Assembly (NCBI GenBank): GCA_963760915.1
Contig: CAVXEU010000002.1
Location: 1,670,132-1,734,131, forward strand
Length of the DNA: 64,000 bases
Source of the DNA: an uncultured Bacteroidales bacterium
GTDB lineage: Bacteria; Bacteroidota; Bacteroidia; Bacteroidales; VadinHA17
Direction of reading: 5' to 3'
Part shown: piece after piece, positions 30,553 to 40,827 of the stretch
How positions within the stretch are numbered: position 1 is the first letter of the stretch
Layout of the letters: each line of letters starts with the position of its first letter
Notes under the pieces: model-generated
Told to the model about the DNA's origin: nothing
What the model saw: only the letters and a program-made list of their open reading frames with translations
Database searches by the model: none
Translations under genes and position numbers: made by a program

Positions 30553-33099
30553 TCAGCTGTTTATTTTGATTTGTTTTTCCGTTTCCTCTTTCTCTTCTTT
30601 TTCGACTAAATATTTTGTAAGAAATGGTATTATGCTGAAGATAGCATATATTGGAATCGAAAAATGGGTATTACCGCTAAAAAAACTAAAATAGAATATA
30701 ACAAGGAAGCATATAAAATAAAAAGCATGATATTTGTAAAATTTAATGTAATAGTAGAAGACAAGGAACATGTACCATATATATGCCATGCCGCCAATAA
30801 TACCTGAATATAAAAAAGCAGAAATGAAGGGATTATGGGGATATTCATATTCACCGACGCCGAACTTAGTGCCAAACATTTTCATATAATCAAAACCGCC
30901 ACCATAAATTTTCTGTGCAAAACTCAGACTATCAGAAAACACCGTCCAGGAATATATCCAGAGATTTGTCCTATCACTAAATAGTTTATTATTTTTTAAT
31001 AACACTGCATTATCTGAAGTATCACTATTATTACTGAGTCCATTGTTTATTAATGAGTCATTTTTTATCTGATCTACGAAGAAGGGAAGGGAATCGTTCC
31101 GATCTAAATCAATTAAGGCTATATCAGCTATATCTACTGTAGAATAATCCTGAAGAGAATTTAAGAAGGCTGGTAAATCTTTCTGAGTTGATCTGAATCT
31201 ATATGAACATTTGGCTTCTTTCCAGCCAGAATACTTAATTTTAGTTGTAAGTGGAAGTGCTGCTACTTCCCAATAGCCATTACCTTCATTTACCCACCAC
31301 CCAATATTAAAAGGCAATTCGTTTCCTTTAACAACTTTGTAATAAAAACTGAACTCATATTTATGACCTGAATAATATATTATAGGACGCCCCATGTATC
31401 TCAATGACCAATCTCCCCCATTTCCATCTGTACGAGAAACTTCAACTCCATGACCAAAAGGGGTTTCAATTAATCTAAGATTTGTTGAATCGGCATATTT
31501 GCTCCAAAATAAATTACCTGCAGTGAATTTCCCGTTATAGATCAAACTGTTTGCATTCGTTTTAACAAAATTTTTAAAATCAAAATCTTGCAAAAGATCC
31601 TTTACAACTTGATTATTAGAGGATATTTGATCAGTATATTTAGCCAGATTTTCATTATAGTTTTCATCTATCAATTTTATATCCGCAAAATCAATTATTG
31701 TTGAATCTAATTGGGAATTCATAAAAAAATGCGCATTAGTCCGACTCTTTAGAGGTATATAAATACACTGGCCTTTTTCCCAGCCATCTCCCAAATCCGA
31801 ACGCATTATTCTTAGGTTTTCAGAATCATCTAAAGTAAGATATTCTGAATCAGTAGTAAATCCAATCCTGAAAGGTAACTCCTCTCCTTTTTGAACTTTA
31901 AACTTAAATTCCAAAGAATAAATATGATTAGAATAAAATATAATGTTTCTGCCATAATACTGGAGAGGCCATCCCTTTTGATCCCCAAAATCCCGCTTGA
32001 CTCTAACTCCATTGCCATAAGGGGTCTTTATTATTTTGAGAGTGGTAGCTTTAGCATTCGGGTGCCAAAAAAGCAGTCCCCAATTGAAATTGCCATTATA
32101 CATTAGATTAGATTCAGTTGAGATATCTTTTAATTTATCGTAATCAACTGCCTTTAAATTATTATTTTCTTGCCCCCACAACCTAATATAGACATCATCC
32201 CATGAGTCATTGTTACTAATAATGGTTAAATATCTGGAAACCAATGATGTAAGTATTTCCTGAAAATGGACTATCTTACTTTGATCAAATTCTAACGACT
32301 TACGTTCGTAATCTCTAAACATTGACAATTTTAAATAGATTATTACAGCTAAAACTGTCGTGATTGCTGAGACTATAAACAATAATTTAAGTTTGAGTCT
32401 TTTTTTTTCAAACTTAAAATTAAAACCGAAAATGAAAAGCAATAGTAAAAAAAATATAAGCAGGAGTAACCCTCTGCGAGATCCTGAAAATAAAATATTT
32501 AAACTTAGAAGTGTTAGAAAAATAATAAAAGTACTTTTTCGAAACTTAGCCCTACTAAAACATAGAATTAACAAACCAACCAAACTAAAAAGACTAAAGA
32601 AATTATAATCAGTCACTAAGGAAGTTCCCAGAGATTTCATAAATATAATGTTAAAGCCGAGAAGTTGTAAGCAGAACTTGGCTAATCCTATTAGACTAAT
32701 AATTATCGAAATCTTCAGAATTTGGTTTATAAATATATCTGTGAACCTGGTAAAATCTTGACGGGTTCTGATTAGAAAGAAAAGTGCACAAAAAAGGAAT
32801 ATGATTAAAAGTACATATAACAATTCCTTTAAATAGGTAAAAGAATATGTTTTAGAAATTATGAAACCAATAAACACAAAGGCTGGGATACTAACAATTA
32901 TAAAAACAATCTTAAAAGTTAATGATCTAAATTCAGATATATCTGTCTTAAAAACATGAAAAAATGTGAAGAATATGAATGGTACAAGAATTATAAAAAA
33001 GACAAAATTTATGTATGGGATTACCATTCTCAAAATGCATAAGAGTATAATTAATGATAAAAATAACAATGGATCAATTTGTAAAAATTTCTTAAACAT
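30553..33099 (-). CDS. Wzy_C / O-antigen-ligase-like membrane protein with a very large periplasmic loop containing a tandem duplicated soluble module
   Basis: The N-terminal TM bundle ends in LFSGSRRGLL. A soluble stretch of about 480 aa follows. The C-terminal signature is IYGGGFDYM...YEYPHNPFISAFLYSGIIGGMAYI, plus further TM spans. Confidence 0.65.
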   Translation of the reverse strand: MFKKFLQIDPLLFLSLIILLCILRMVIPYINFVFFIILVPFIFFTFFHVFKTDISEFRSLTFKIVFIIVSIPAFVFIGFIISKTYSFTYLKELLYVLLIIFLFCALFFLIRTRQDFTRFTDIFINQILKISIIISLIGLAKFCLQLLGFNIIFMKSLGTSLVTDYNFFSLFSLVGLLILCFSRAKFRKSTFIIFLTLLSLNILFSGSRRGLLLLIFFLLLLFIFGFNFKFEKKRLKLKLLFIVSAITTVLAVIIYLKLSMFRDYERKSLEFDQSKIVHFQEILTSLVSRYLTIISNNDSWDDVYIRLWGQENNNLKAVDYDKLKDISTESNLMYNGNFNWGLLFWHPNAKATTLKIIKTPYGNGVRVKRDFGDQKGWPLQYYGRNIIFYSNHIYSLEFKFKVQKGEELPFRIGFTTDSEYLTLDDSENLRIMRSDLGDGWEKGQCIYIPLKSRTNAHFFMNSQLDSTIIDFADIKLIDENYNENLAKYTDQISSNNQVVKDLLQDFDFKNFVKTNANSLIYNGKFTAGNLFWSKYADSTNLRLIETPFGHGVEVSRTDGNGGDWSLRYMGRPIIYYSGHKYEFSFYYKVVKGNELPFNIGWWVNEGNGYWEVAALPLTTKIKYSGWKEAKCSYRFRSTQKDLPAFLNSLQDYSTVDIADIALIDLDRNDSLPFFVDQIKNDSLINNGLSNNSDTSDNAVLLKNNKLFSDRTNLWIYSWTVFSDSLSFAQKIYGGGFDYMKMFGTKFGVGEYEYPHNPFISAFLYSGIIGGMAYIWYMFLVFYYYIKFYKYHAFYFICFLVIFYFSFFSGNTHFSIPIYAIFSIIPFLTKYLVEKEEKEETEKQIKINS
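31105..32109 (-). repeat. intragenic tandem duplication (two modules of about 148 aa with a 187 aa period) inside the Wzy_C-like gene
   Basis: Copy 1 and copy 2 align along their whole length. YNGNFNWGLLFWHPNAKATTLKIIKTPYGNGVRV matches YNGKFTAGNLFWSKYADSTNLRLIETPFGHGVEV. YSNHIYSLEFKFKVQKGEELPFRIGF matches YSGHKYEFSFYYKVVKGNELPFNIGW. IIDFADIKLID matches TVDIADIALID. Confidence 0.7.
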
Positions 33100-33293
33100 T
33101 TACTATTTCGACTATATAATTAATATTCTGAGAATTTGCTTTAACTTTATAACTTTCAATCACAAGAATTCAAATTAAAAGTTTTAAAACCTATATTAAT
33201 ACCTTATGCCTTTTATTGGACATGCTACTAAGATTATTACCAAATTTCAATAATGACTAATTCGTTCAAAAACACACACGAAACAAGTCATTT

Positions 33294-34295
33294 TTATAGG
33301 TCAAAAACATCTTCAATCCATCCTCCTATTGAATACTTTCTATAAGTAACCTCTGAAATCCTATCGTAATTGTTTTTAAAAAAGGAAGTAGAAATAGAAG
33401 GTCTTAAACGATCCAGAATCATGATATTTTGAGATGAATAAAGATCATATTTTTTGATAGAACTATTAGTAGTTATAAGTTTGCGTCCAGCACCTAACGC
33501 TTCTAAAGTTCTGATTGTTAATCCAGTCTGTTTAGGATGTTGAATATCCAGAATCGTACTTGACACAAGAATCAATTTAATAATCTTGCTTTTATGAATA
33601 GGCCTAAATCGTACATCCTTCAGGGGAATGGTTCTGAATTTTCTATCAAATATTTTTCGAACGATGAAGATTAATGGACTCTGAATATACAAATAATAAC
33701 AATAATTAAGGTTATTTTTTATTGCTTGTTTTTTGACCTCTTCTAGGAATTGCCAACGATCACTATGTACAGTCCCTACAAATAATAAATCATATTTAAA
33801 ATTTGATGTAGCAGAATCTTTGCAGTTAACAAAATCATCAAGATAAAATAATGGTCTGAAAATTAAAGAATCTACTGCGATAGAATCATCATAATCAAAA
33901 GTCAATTTTCTGTCAAATAGATTTAAAGAGTTTCTTATATCCTTGTAATTATGAATGGAATCCCATAAATACAAAATGAGCTTGGCTGCAGGAAATGCTA
34001 CTTTTAGGTTTCTAACTATATGAGGAGTAAATACTTCCCCCTTTATAATAAATATATAGTCATAATTACTATCTTTATTTGACAAAATAATTCTTTCAAA
34101 ATATTTATTAGCATATTTTTGAATAAATCTCTTGTCCAATCGAATAATGACCTTAATTAAGAAATTTTTTGAAGGCCTTTCGTCATACAAATCAACATTT
34201 GCGCCATACTCTAAAAGTTTATTTTTTACTTCTATATCATATCCAAAAAAATTTGGTGCGAACAGAAGTATTGATTTGCCTGAAAGGTCAATCAT
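33294..34295 (-). CDS. hypothetical polysaccharide biosynthesis protein (possible GT-B-like transferase; family not recognised)
   Basis: Assigned from its position in the operon (4 nt overlap with the upstream gene) and Rossmann-like alternation (ILLFAPNFFGYD, LLFVGTVHSDR, EALGAGRKLITTN). Confidence 0.3.
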   Translation of the reverse strand: MIDLSGKSILLFAPNFFGYDIEVKNKLLEYGANVDLYDERPSKNFLIKVIIRLDKRFIQKYANKYFERIILSNKDSNYDYIFIIKGEVFTPHIVRNLKVAFPAAKLILYLWDSIHNYKDIRNSLNLFDRKLTFDYDDSIAVDSLIFRPLFYLDDFVNCKDSATSNFKYDLLFVGTVHSDRWQFLEEVKKQAIKNNLNYCYYLYIQSPLIFIVRKIFDRKFRTIPLKDVRFRPIHKSKIIKLILVSSTILDIQHPKQTGLTIRTLEALGAGRKLITTNSSIKKYDLYSSQNIMILDRLRPSISTSFFKNNYDRISEVTYRKYSIGGWIEDVFDL

Positions 34296-35431
34296 TTGAA
34301 GAGTCCCTTTTGTTTCATTTCCTCAATTGAGGAATCATAATTATCCACTCTAACTTCTTGTTTGTTAACCCACTTCACAAATTCTTCGATACCAGTGGAA
34401 AATTCAACTCTTGGACTGAATTTTAAAACATTTTGAATTTTTGAGATATCTGCATAATTACTCCGAATATCTCCCAATCTATAATTTCCTGTTATTTTAA
34501 TAGATACGGGGTACTTAAATCTTTCTTTTAAAGTTTCAGCGACAGTTAAAACATTTGTACTTACGCCAGTACCTACATTAATACGTTGATAATCTGCTTC
34601 TTGCATGTCAAGGCCAAGTTTTGTAGCTTCAACTACGTCATCAATATATACAAAGTCACGACTTTCATTACCATCTTCAAAAATCTGGATATCATTACCA
34701 TTCTTTATCCTTGTAGAAAATATTGATAATATTCCTGTGTATGGATTTGAAAGTGACTGACCAGGACCATAAACGTTCTGATATCGAAATGCCACTACCG
34801 GTACTTTTAACGACTTGCCCGCGATAAGGCTTAATTCCTCTTGAGCATACTTTGTAAATCCATAAATTGAAGTAGGGTGAATTAATGAATCCTCAGTAGT
34901 CGACATTAATTCAACATTCTCACCACAAATGGGACATTTAACATTAAAATCACCATTTCTCATATCAGATTCAATCCGTGATTCAGGATATACGATGCCA
35001 TCAATTTTACAATTATATCGCCCTTCTCCATAAATTGCTCGAGATGAGGCAATAACCACCTTCTTAATTGAGTTGTTCTTACTACCAATTATATCCCAAA
35101 GCAAAGCTGTTCCTGAAATATTAGATTTTGTATACTGCTCAATTGAGTACATTGACTGCCCAGTACCTGTTTCAGCAGCAAGATGCACAATGGCATCCTG
35201 TCCCTGAATAGATTTTTCCCAATTTTCCCTTATTGTAACATCACCACGTATGAAGTTTACTTTATCCTTAATATTTATAAATAGTGGAGATTTATCAGGG
35301 TCAAAGCCGTGAATTTGATTTGAAAGATTATCTAAAACTGTAACATTAAATCCCTCATTAATAAGTTTAAGTGATAAATTGCTTCCAATAAAGCCAGCTC
35401 CGCCAGTAATCAATACATTTCTAATTTTCAT
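34292..35431 (-). CDS. extended SDR NAD-dependent sugar epimerase/dehydratase with an insertion carrying C-x24-CxxC
   Basis: ITGGAGFIGSNL and YGFTKYAQEE (YxxxK). About 59 residues separate the catalytic Ser region from the Tyr. The ORF-track start at 35437 is GTG; the ATG at 35431 gives MKIRNVLITGG. Confidence 0.85.
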   Translation of the reverse strand: MKIRNVLITGGAGFIGSNLSLKLINEGFNVTVLDNLSNQIHGFDPDKSPLFINIKDKVNFIRGDVTIRENWEKSIQGQDAIVHLAAETGTGQSMYSIEQYTKSNISGTALLWDIIGSKNNSIKKVVIASSRAIYGEGRYNCKIDGIVYPESRIESDMRNGDFNVKCPICGENVELMSTTEDSLIHPTSIYGFTKYAQEELSLIAGKSLKVPVVAFRYQNVYGPGQSLSNPYTGILSIFSTRIKNGNDIQIFEDGNESRDFVYIDDVVEATKLGLDMQEADYQRINVGTGVSTNVLTVAETLKERFKYPVSIKITGNYRLGDIRSNYADISKIQNVLKFSPRVEFSTGIEEFVKWVNKQEVRVDNYDSSIEEMKQKGLFK

Positions 35432-36041
35432 TTGCACGGTTATTTATTTTCTCCCACCTTGACGTTTCCAAATTGAATTTTTTTATTTCCATTGCCGGAT
35501 TTCCAACAGCAATTACATTTGATGAAATACTTTTTGTTACTACACTATTTGCACCAATAATTGATCCAGTTCCTATTTTTACTCCAGGCAGTACCGTAAC
35601 TGACTCTCCTATCCATACATTATTTTCAATAATTACTGTTTTACTAAAAAGAGGTCTATCTTTAGGGATACTTAATGGGTTACTGTCATTTTCATCACCT
35701 GAATAACTTCCATGAGATGAATCAGATATATAAACCTTACTTGCTATAAGAACGTTATTCCCAATTAGTACTTTATTTATACCCGTTATATGTACATAAT
35801 CATTAATCTGAACATTTTCTCCAATTATTATTGACTTTGACTTATTATCTTGGGGATAAGCTTCCAATCTACAACCAACTCCGGTGGTAAATCCTTTTCC
35901 GAACTTTATGTACTTAAGCCCCCTGATATCAAAAGGAAACCTTATAATTTTAGCATCATGGTAATAAATACGCGTCCGTATTGTATTTATAATTAGCCTA
36001 AACAATCCACTAAAAGTATAAAGTCTTAAGTATTTTTTCAT
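35421..36041 (-). CDS. hexapeptide-repeat (left-handed beta-helix) acetyltransferase
   Basis: Repeated [LIV]G-x4 hexapeptides: IGENVQINDYVHITG, IGNNVLIAS, IENNVWIGESVTVLPGVKIGTGSIIGANSVV. Confidence 0.8.
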   Translation of the reverse strand: MKKYLRLYTFSGLFRLIINTIRTRIYYHDAKIIRFPFDIRGLKYIKFGKGFTTGVGCRLEAYPQDNKSKSIIIGENVQINDYVHITGINKVLIGNNVLIASKVYISDSSHGSYSGDENDSNPLSIPKDRPLFSKTVIIENNVWIGESVTVLPGVKIGTGSIIGANSVVTKSISSNVIAVGNPAMEIKKFNLETSRWEKINNRANEN

Positions 36042-37123
36042 TTTTTTGTATTGAATAGAATCTGATAAAAATCCTTAACTTCTTCAAAAGATTTAGTCCA
36101 TGAAAATTTTGAGGATTGAATAAATCCCTTTTCAATTTTTTCAAACCTAATATTTTGATCTGAATATTCAAGTATTGCAGCAGCAAATGAATCAGGATCA
36201 AGGTTGCTCACTTGAATAGTCGCATCTCCTGCTACCTCAGGTATTGAAGACCTATCAGTAGTTACTACCGGACAGCCTGCTCTCATAGCTTCCAAAACTG
36301 GTATCCCAAATCCCTCATAACTTGAAGGATATATCAGGCAAAAAGCATAATTGTAAAATATGTTCAGTTCATCATTACTGATTCCTGAATAACATATATA
36401 CCTATCTTGTAATATTAATGTGAGGCTTTTTGATTCAACATTTGTAAGTTTTTCGCCAATAACTATAAATTTGAAATCTGACCCGAGCCTGCTAATAGCT
36501 TCTGCAGCTATAAAGAAGTTTTTATAACTTGTCCTATGCCCAACATATAAGATATATTTTTGATCCAGAATATTTTTATATTTAAAATCCGCTGAGACTA
36601 ACGAGTTATCTATTTTAAAATAATCACTACTAACTCCGTTATAAATTACTTTTATTTTGCTTTGATCAATAGCGGGATATAACTTCAACAGATCTTTTTT
36701 TGTATTGTTGGAAATGCATATTATTCCATCGGAATTTAGAATTGCTTTTCTTTTTCGTATCATGTGTATATATCTTCTAATCCCTGTTAAGAAGAACTCT
36801 GAAGTAAAATCATGAATAGTAACAACGTTAATTGCATCCTTTGACTTTGAAATTCTATAATAGCTGGAATGGAAAATAAACTTTCCTGTAACAGGGATAG
36901 TAAAATTAGCTATTCTCAGATATAGTAATGGTAATTTTTCAAAGAATGTGACCTGAAGTGCAAGATTCTGCCTAAAATTATTTTCCAATTTCTTTCTTGG
37001 CTCAGAGAAATATACCTCGATGGAATTATCTTCTATGGCCTGTTTGATTAATTCAATCCAATATATTGTACCTCCTCCTGATCGTTGTAAATAAAAAATA
37101 ATATTATCAAAAACTACCTTCAT
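36038..37123 (-). CDS. GT-B fold glycosyltransferase (family 4)
   Basis: YPSSYEGFGIPVLEAMRAGCPVVTTDRSSIPEVAGDA. It is 361 aa, the same length as the paralogue at 42818..43903, and collinear with it. Confidence 0.85.
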   Translation of the reverse strand: MKVVFDNIIFYLQRSGGGTIYWIELIKQAIEDNSIEVYFSEPRKKLENNFRQNLALQVTFFEKLPLLYLRIANFTIPVTGKFIFHSSYYRISKSKDAINVVTIHDFTSEFFLTGIRRYIHMIRKRKAILNSDGIICISNNTKKDLLKLYPAIDQSKIKVIYNGVSSDYFKIDNSLVSADFKYKNILDQKYILYVGHRTSYKNFFIAAEAISRLGSDFKFIVIGEKLTNVESKSLTLILQDRYICYSGISNDELNIFYNYAFCLIYPSSYEGFGIPVLEAMRAGCPVVTTDRSSIPEVAGDATIQVSNLDPDSFAAAILEYSDQNIRFEKIEKGFIQSSKFSWTKSFEEVKDFYQILFNTKK

Positions 37124-37177
37124 CCGATTGATTTTATATGCTTATCTGGATATTATATTGCATTAAAAAAACCGATG

Positions 37178-38260
37178 TCAATATCGCATCTTTATTTCTT
37201 TTATCTTATTTAAATATCCTTTCCCGAATAATGTATCTGGTTCTAAATAATTTCCTTCGCCCCATTCATTCCAGGATTTAATAAATACTACTTGCATATC
37301 ATCCGGTTTATTTTTTACAGTTTCAAATACACTGATTATATGTTTTCCAAATAATTCAGGAGATGACCTATGAAGAACCAGTCCCTTATTCCCACTTCTT
37401 GGAGTATGATCCCAATTAGGGATTAATGATGGAAATACATTATTAGTTCTATCGATACTTTTGCTGAAAATATTAATTGAAGTTTCATAATCAATTTTAA
37501 GTGGTTTATTAAATAATCTGTGCTCAACAACTCTAAATATATTTCTGGTTAAAAAACCTTTTTCCCTCAAACAATCCCCAATACGAACTATATTTATAGC
37601 ATCAAATCCTAAATCCAGAATTTTCATCATCCCATTTGATACATTACTATGTCCAACAAAAAAAATCCCTGATGAAATACCTTCTTTTATAGCCAGATCG
37701 TTCCAGATTTCAATGAACTTCTTAGATTCTGGTAACATAAATGGCTTATAAATCACGAACACAGGTCTGTCTTTAATCCTTACGTATCGTTTATCCCTGA
37801 AAGATGGCAATACAGAGTAAAAGTGATCGATAATATCCTTTTCTCCTGGATAAAATTGCTCAATAAGAGTTCTGTCATTTTTATTACTTTCCTTGCTCCA
37901 AACTTTTGCTTTCCATGTTTCATTTGCCCATCCTAAACAAAAAGGGAAATCAGGCTTTCTGGAAGCCATGACTGCCTTAAATGGTTTCTCTAAAAGTTGT
38001 TCCCCGTTGCCAAACCAATAGTGCCAATAACAGAATGCATCAATACCAGCATCTTTTGCCATTTGTGCCTGTTTAGCGCGAACTTCATCTTCCATAATAT
38101 TATAATATCCTAAATCGGCAGGAACAATTGGTTGATAATGTCCCTTAAATAAGGGCTTTGCATTCTTCACGTTTGTCCATTCAGTAAATCCATCTCCCCA
38201 CCATTCATCATTTTCTGGAATAGTATGATATTGAGGCAAATAGTAAGCTATTAATTTCAT
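37178..38260 (-). CDS. WbsX family glycosyltransferase-like protein
   Basis: The N-terminus MKLIAYYLPQYHTIPENDEWWGDGFTEWTNV is the hallmark of the WbsX family. Confidence 0.75.
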   Translation of the reverse strand: MKLIAYYLPQYHTIPENDEWWGDGFTEWTNVKNAKPLFKGHYQPIVPADLGYYNIMEDEVRAKQAQMAKDAGIDAFCYWHYWFGNGEQLLEKPFKAVMASRKPDFPFCLGWANETWKAKVWSKESNKNDRTLIEQFYPGEKDIIDHFYSVLPSFRDKRYVRIKDRPVFVIYKPFMLPESKKFIEIWNDLAIKEGISSGIFFVGHSNVSNGMMKILDLGFDAINIVRIGDCLREKGFLTRNIFRVVEHRLFNKPLKIDYETSINIFSKSIDRTNNVFPSLIPNWDHTPRSGNKGLVLHRSSPELFGKHIISVFETVKNKPDDMQVVFIKSWNEWGEGNYLEPDTLFGKGYLNKIKEIKMRY

Positions 38261-39024
38261 TATACTTTGACCCTACTTTTAAAAATTTGTAAAAGATTCA
38301 ATACCGACTTCATAAGTTTTGAAATCGCCATGGTTGCAAAAACAGCGTATCCAAGATGATTGATAATCAGTTTTATCTGATCGTTTTTAAAATTTATATC
38401 ACGACTTAATGATGTTAGTCCAGCCATATCATAAATTGCAATATTTTGATTAAGATAAATGAATTTGTTTTTTCTAAAAATCTTCATATTATATTCCCAA
38501 TCAGAATAAAGTCGATATTTTAAATTAAATTCATTTTTTGTGTATATTTTTCTTGGATAAAATATTGTCTGATGACAAATATTTGTTTTGGCTAATTTAA
38601 GTTTAGAAATCGCCTCACCCTTATATACTGAGATAATTCCTTCTTTGTTTATTGATAAAGCATTTCCGTAATATACAGAACTATTATCTGCAAAATATTG
38701 AATCGCATCTGCCACAGTTTGGCTTGAGCAAAATATATCTCCGGCATTCATAAAAAGAAGAAAATCTCCACTCGCAAGTTTCAGCGATTTATTCATTGCG
38801 TCATAAATTCCCTTATCGGCTTCGATAAGTATTTTAGTAATCTGTGAAGAATATTTGTTTATAATATCAACGGTTCCGTCAGACGATCCTCCATCAATAA
38901 CGAGATATTCTATATTTTTGTAGGTCTGTTTAATAATAGACTCTATCGTTTTACTGATAAGATCTTTTGAGTTTAACACTACTGTGACAATGGAAATACA
39001 GAATCCTTTATCTCTAAGAGTCAT
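38260..39024 (-). CDS. family 2 glycosyltransferase
   Basis: ISIVTVVLNSKDLISKTIESI, EYLVIDGGSSDGT and FMNAGD (DxD-like). Confidence 0.85.
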   Translation of the reverse strand: MTLRDKGFCISIVTVVLNSKDLISKTIESIIKQTYKNIEYLVIDGGSSDGTVDIINKYSSQITKILIEADKGIYDAMNKSLKLASGDFLLFMNAGDIFCSSQTVADAIQYFADNSSVYYGNALSINKEGIISVYKGEAISKLKLAKTNICHQTIFYPRKIYTKNEFNLKYRLYSDWEYNMKIFRKNKFIYLNQNIAIYDMAGLTSLSRDINFKNDQIKLIINHLGYAVFATMAISKLMKSVLNLLQIFKSRVKV

Positions 39025-40309
39025 AAGGTAAAACAGCTTTAGCTAATACTTTGTTATACATTAATTGAATAACTAAAATTACAATTACCATAAATGCTAC
39101 ATTTAGAATAGTATCAAAAAGATAACCCATACCAAGACATGGATCGACTATAAAAGTTATAAATTGAATTACAATATAAAGACTTAAAATTGAAGAAATG
39201 ATACCATTAGGCATCAAAGAAGGTAAATTGAATATTATCATGGAAATCATAAATCCCAGTATAAAAGAGAAGATCAAACCTCCCCAGCCAAAATAAATAA
39301 ACCCAAGTAAGGCTGGAAGGCTTAATGGGCCCGTTGACACTCCTGCACTTGCCGGATAAACTAATCCTGTCAATTGATATCCTATCGGAAGCATTACATT
39401 GTCTCCGCTCATCAACCTTGTAGGACCTATTAATCCATAAAAAAGGTGTTTATACCATTCTCCAATGTCAATATGCATCCAGGTATCCTTAGGTAATGCC
39501 ATGAAATAGGCATCTCCTGAAGAAATTATCCTTTCCATAAACGGACGGAAACTTCCGATAAGGTTGTTCGATCCAGACTGAATCGCAAATGTAACTATTG
39601 TTACAAAAATACCAAGAATAAATATTTTATAATACTTTGTAATCCGAATGATATCTCTTTGAAAAAAAAAACAATAACCCCAGTAGACGTACAAGAAAAT
39701 GAAAAAGCTAGATCTGCTTCCCGAGAGAATCCCTGTTATTATAAAAATAAGAAATATAAAGAATACTAATAATCTTTTAACGTTTAACTTACTACCACTT
39801 TCCCACAAATAAAATGAATAAAAGATACAGTATATCTTTAAAAATGGAATCATTCTTCCAAGTACGCCTAAACCAGAGCCTACATAAGTATCTAGTCTGC
39901 TTCCCATAAAGATCGGTATACCTAAAAGAATATATGTAGCACTCGTAAAAATAATAAACAATACAATAAAGATCAAATACAGGATAAACGAAATATTTCT
40001 TTCATTAGAAAGGACTTTACTGGAAAAACGGATATTTTTTTTTGCAGGTAACATGAAGGCCAGCCAAAAAATTAATTCAGCAAGGCAGAAATACAGAAAA
40101 ATATCTGCTTTTATAGAGCCTTTCATGAACAGGAAAACAAATACAGTCGTAGCAAATGCTGAGGCAACTAATTGAATCCTTAACGGATCAAACCAGGTAT
40201 GAGTATATTTTTTCCCAATATATATATATAAAATTGAACAAAAAGCAAGTGCAAGCAAGTACGTCTGCCAGTTTTTATAAACAAAAATGTAGAATTCATA
40301 ATGGGTCAT
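39014..40309 (-). CDS. O-unit polymerase-like polytopic membrane protein (Wzy type)
   Basis: About 11-12 TM spans with no soluble domains, lying among glycosyltransferases. Wzy proteins lack strong motifs, so the call rests on topology and context. Confidence 0.55.
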   Translation of the reverse strand: MTHYEFYIFVYKNWQTYLLALAFCSILYIYIGKKYTHTWFDPLRIQLVASAFATTVFVFLFMKGSIKADIFLYFCLAELIFWLAFMLPAKKNIRFSSKVLSNERNISFILYLIFIVLFIIFTSATYILLGIPIFMGSRLDTYVGSGLGVLGRMIPFLKIYCIFYSFYLWESGSKLNVKRLLVFFIFLIFIITGILSGSRSSFFIFLYVYWGYCFFFQRDIIRITKYYKIFILGIFVTIVTFAIQSGSNNLIGSFRPFMERIISSGDAYFMALPKDTWMHIDIGEWYKHLFYGLIGPTRLMSGDNVMLPIGYQLTGLVYPASAGVSTGPLSLPALLGFIYFGWGGLIFSFILGFMISMIIFNLPSLMPNGIISSILSLYIVIQFITFIVDPCLGMGYLFDTILNVAFMVIVILVIQLMYNKVLAKAVLPYDS

Positions 40310-40497
40310 ACAGAGATCATGCTAAAAATTAAATTACAAAGGCAGTATGTCTATAATTTGAATATTTAGAATAACAGTTATTGGAAAATATAAATTTACA
40401 CCAAAGAATTCAACAATGTATTTCGAAATTCAAGGCCAGATACCGCAAATAAGTGATAATCTTAATTATAGAAAAGGAGGATAATTCCTATCATAAA

Positions 40498-40827
40498 TTA
40501 AATAGTCGATCCATAATAATACGTGTTTTTCTTTCATTCATCAGCATTGGATATTTACTGGAGGCAAAATAAGTACCTGATAAATCCTGATAAAAATTAA
40601 GTTAAGTATTTCTTCCTTCCTGAACCTCATCCACTTCAACATATTATATGCTGTAACTGCCAATAATATAGAGATCCTGTCTCCTACAATGCCACTGAGG
40701 TAATTTCTTTAACATGATTTTCAGGGTTCTGATCAAATTTAATCAAAACCAAAGCAAAAAACAAGACCACAATGAACATATGTCATTAACAATCGGATTG
40801 TTATAATTATTAAGAACCAACTATTTA
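40498..40827 (-). mobile_element. miniature IS5-family-like element, copy A (internally deleted, non-autonomous)
   Basis: Minus-strand translation gives LLAVTAYNMLKWMRFRKEEILNLIFIRIYQVLILPPVNIQC-stop, a DDE transposase C-terminus pattern. The ends are imperfect terminal inverted repeats (AAATAGTCGATCC.ATAATAAT versus AAATAGTTGGTTCTTAATAAT). It aligns with copy B apart from a deletion of about 140 bp. Confidence 0.55.

Noticed and set aside
33100-33293. 194 bp gap upstream of the Wzy_C-like gene, examined for a promoter box or gene remnant
   Set aside because: I found no TAnnTTTG match on the minus strand, no convincing inverted repeats and no translatable remnant. I left it unannotated.
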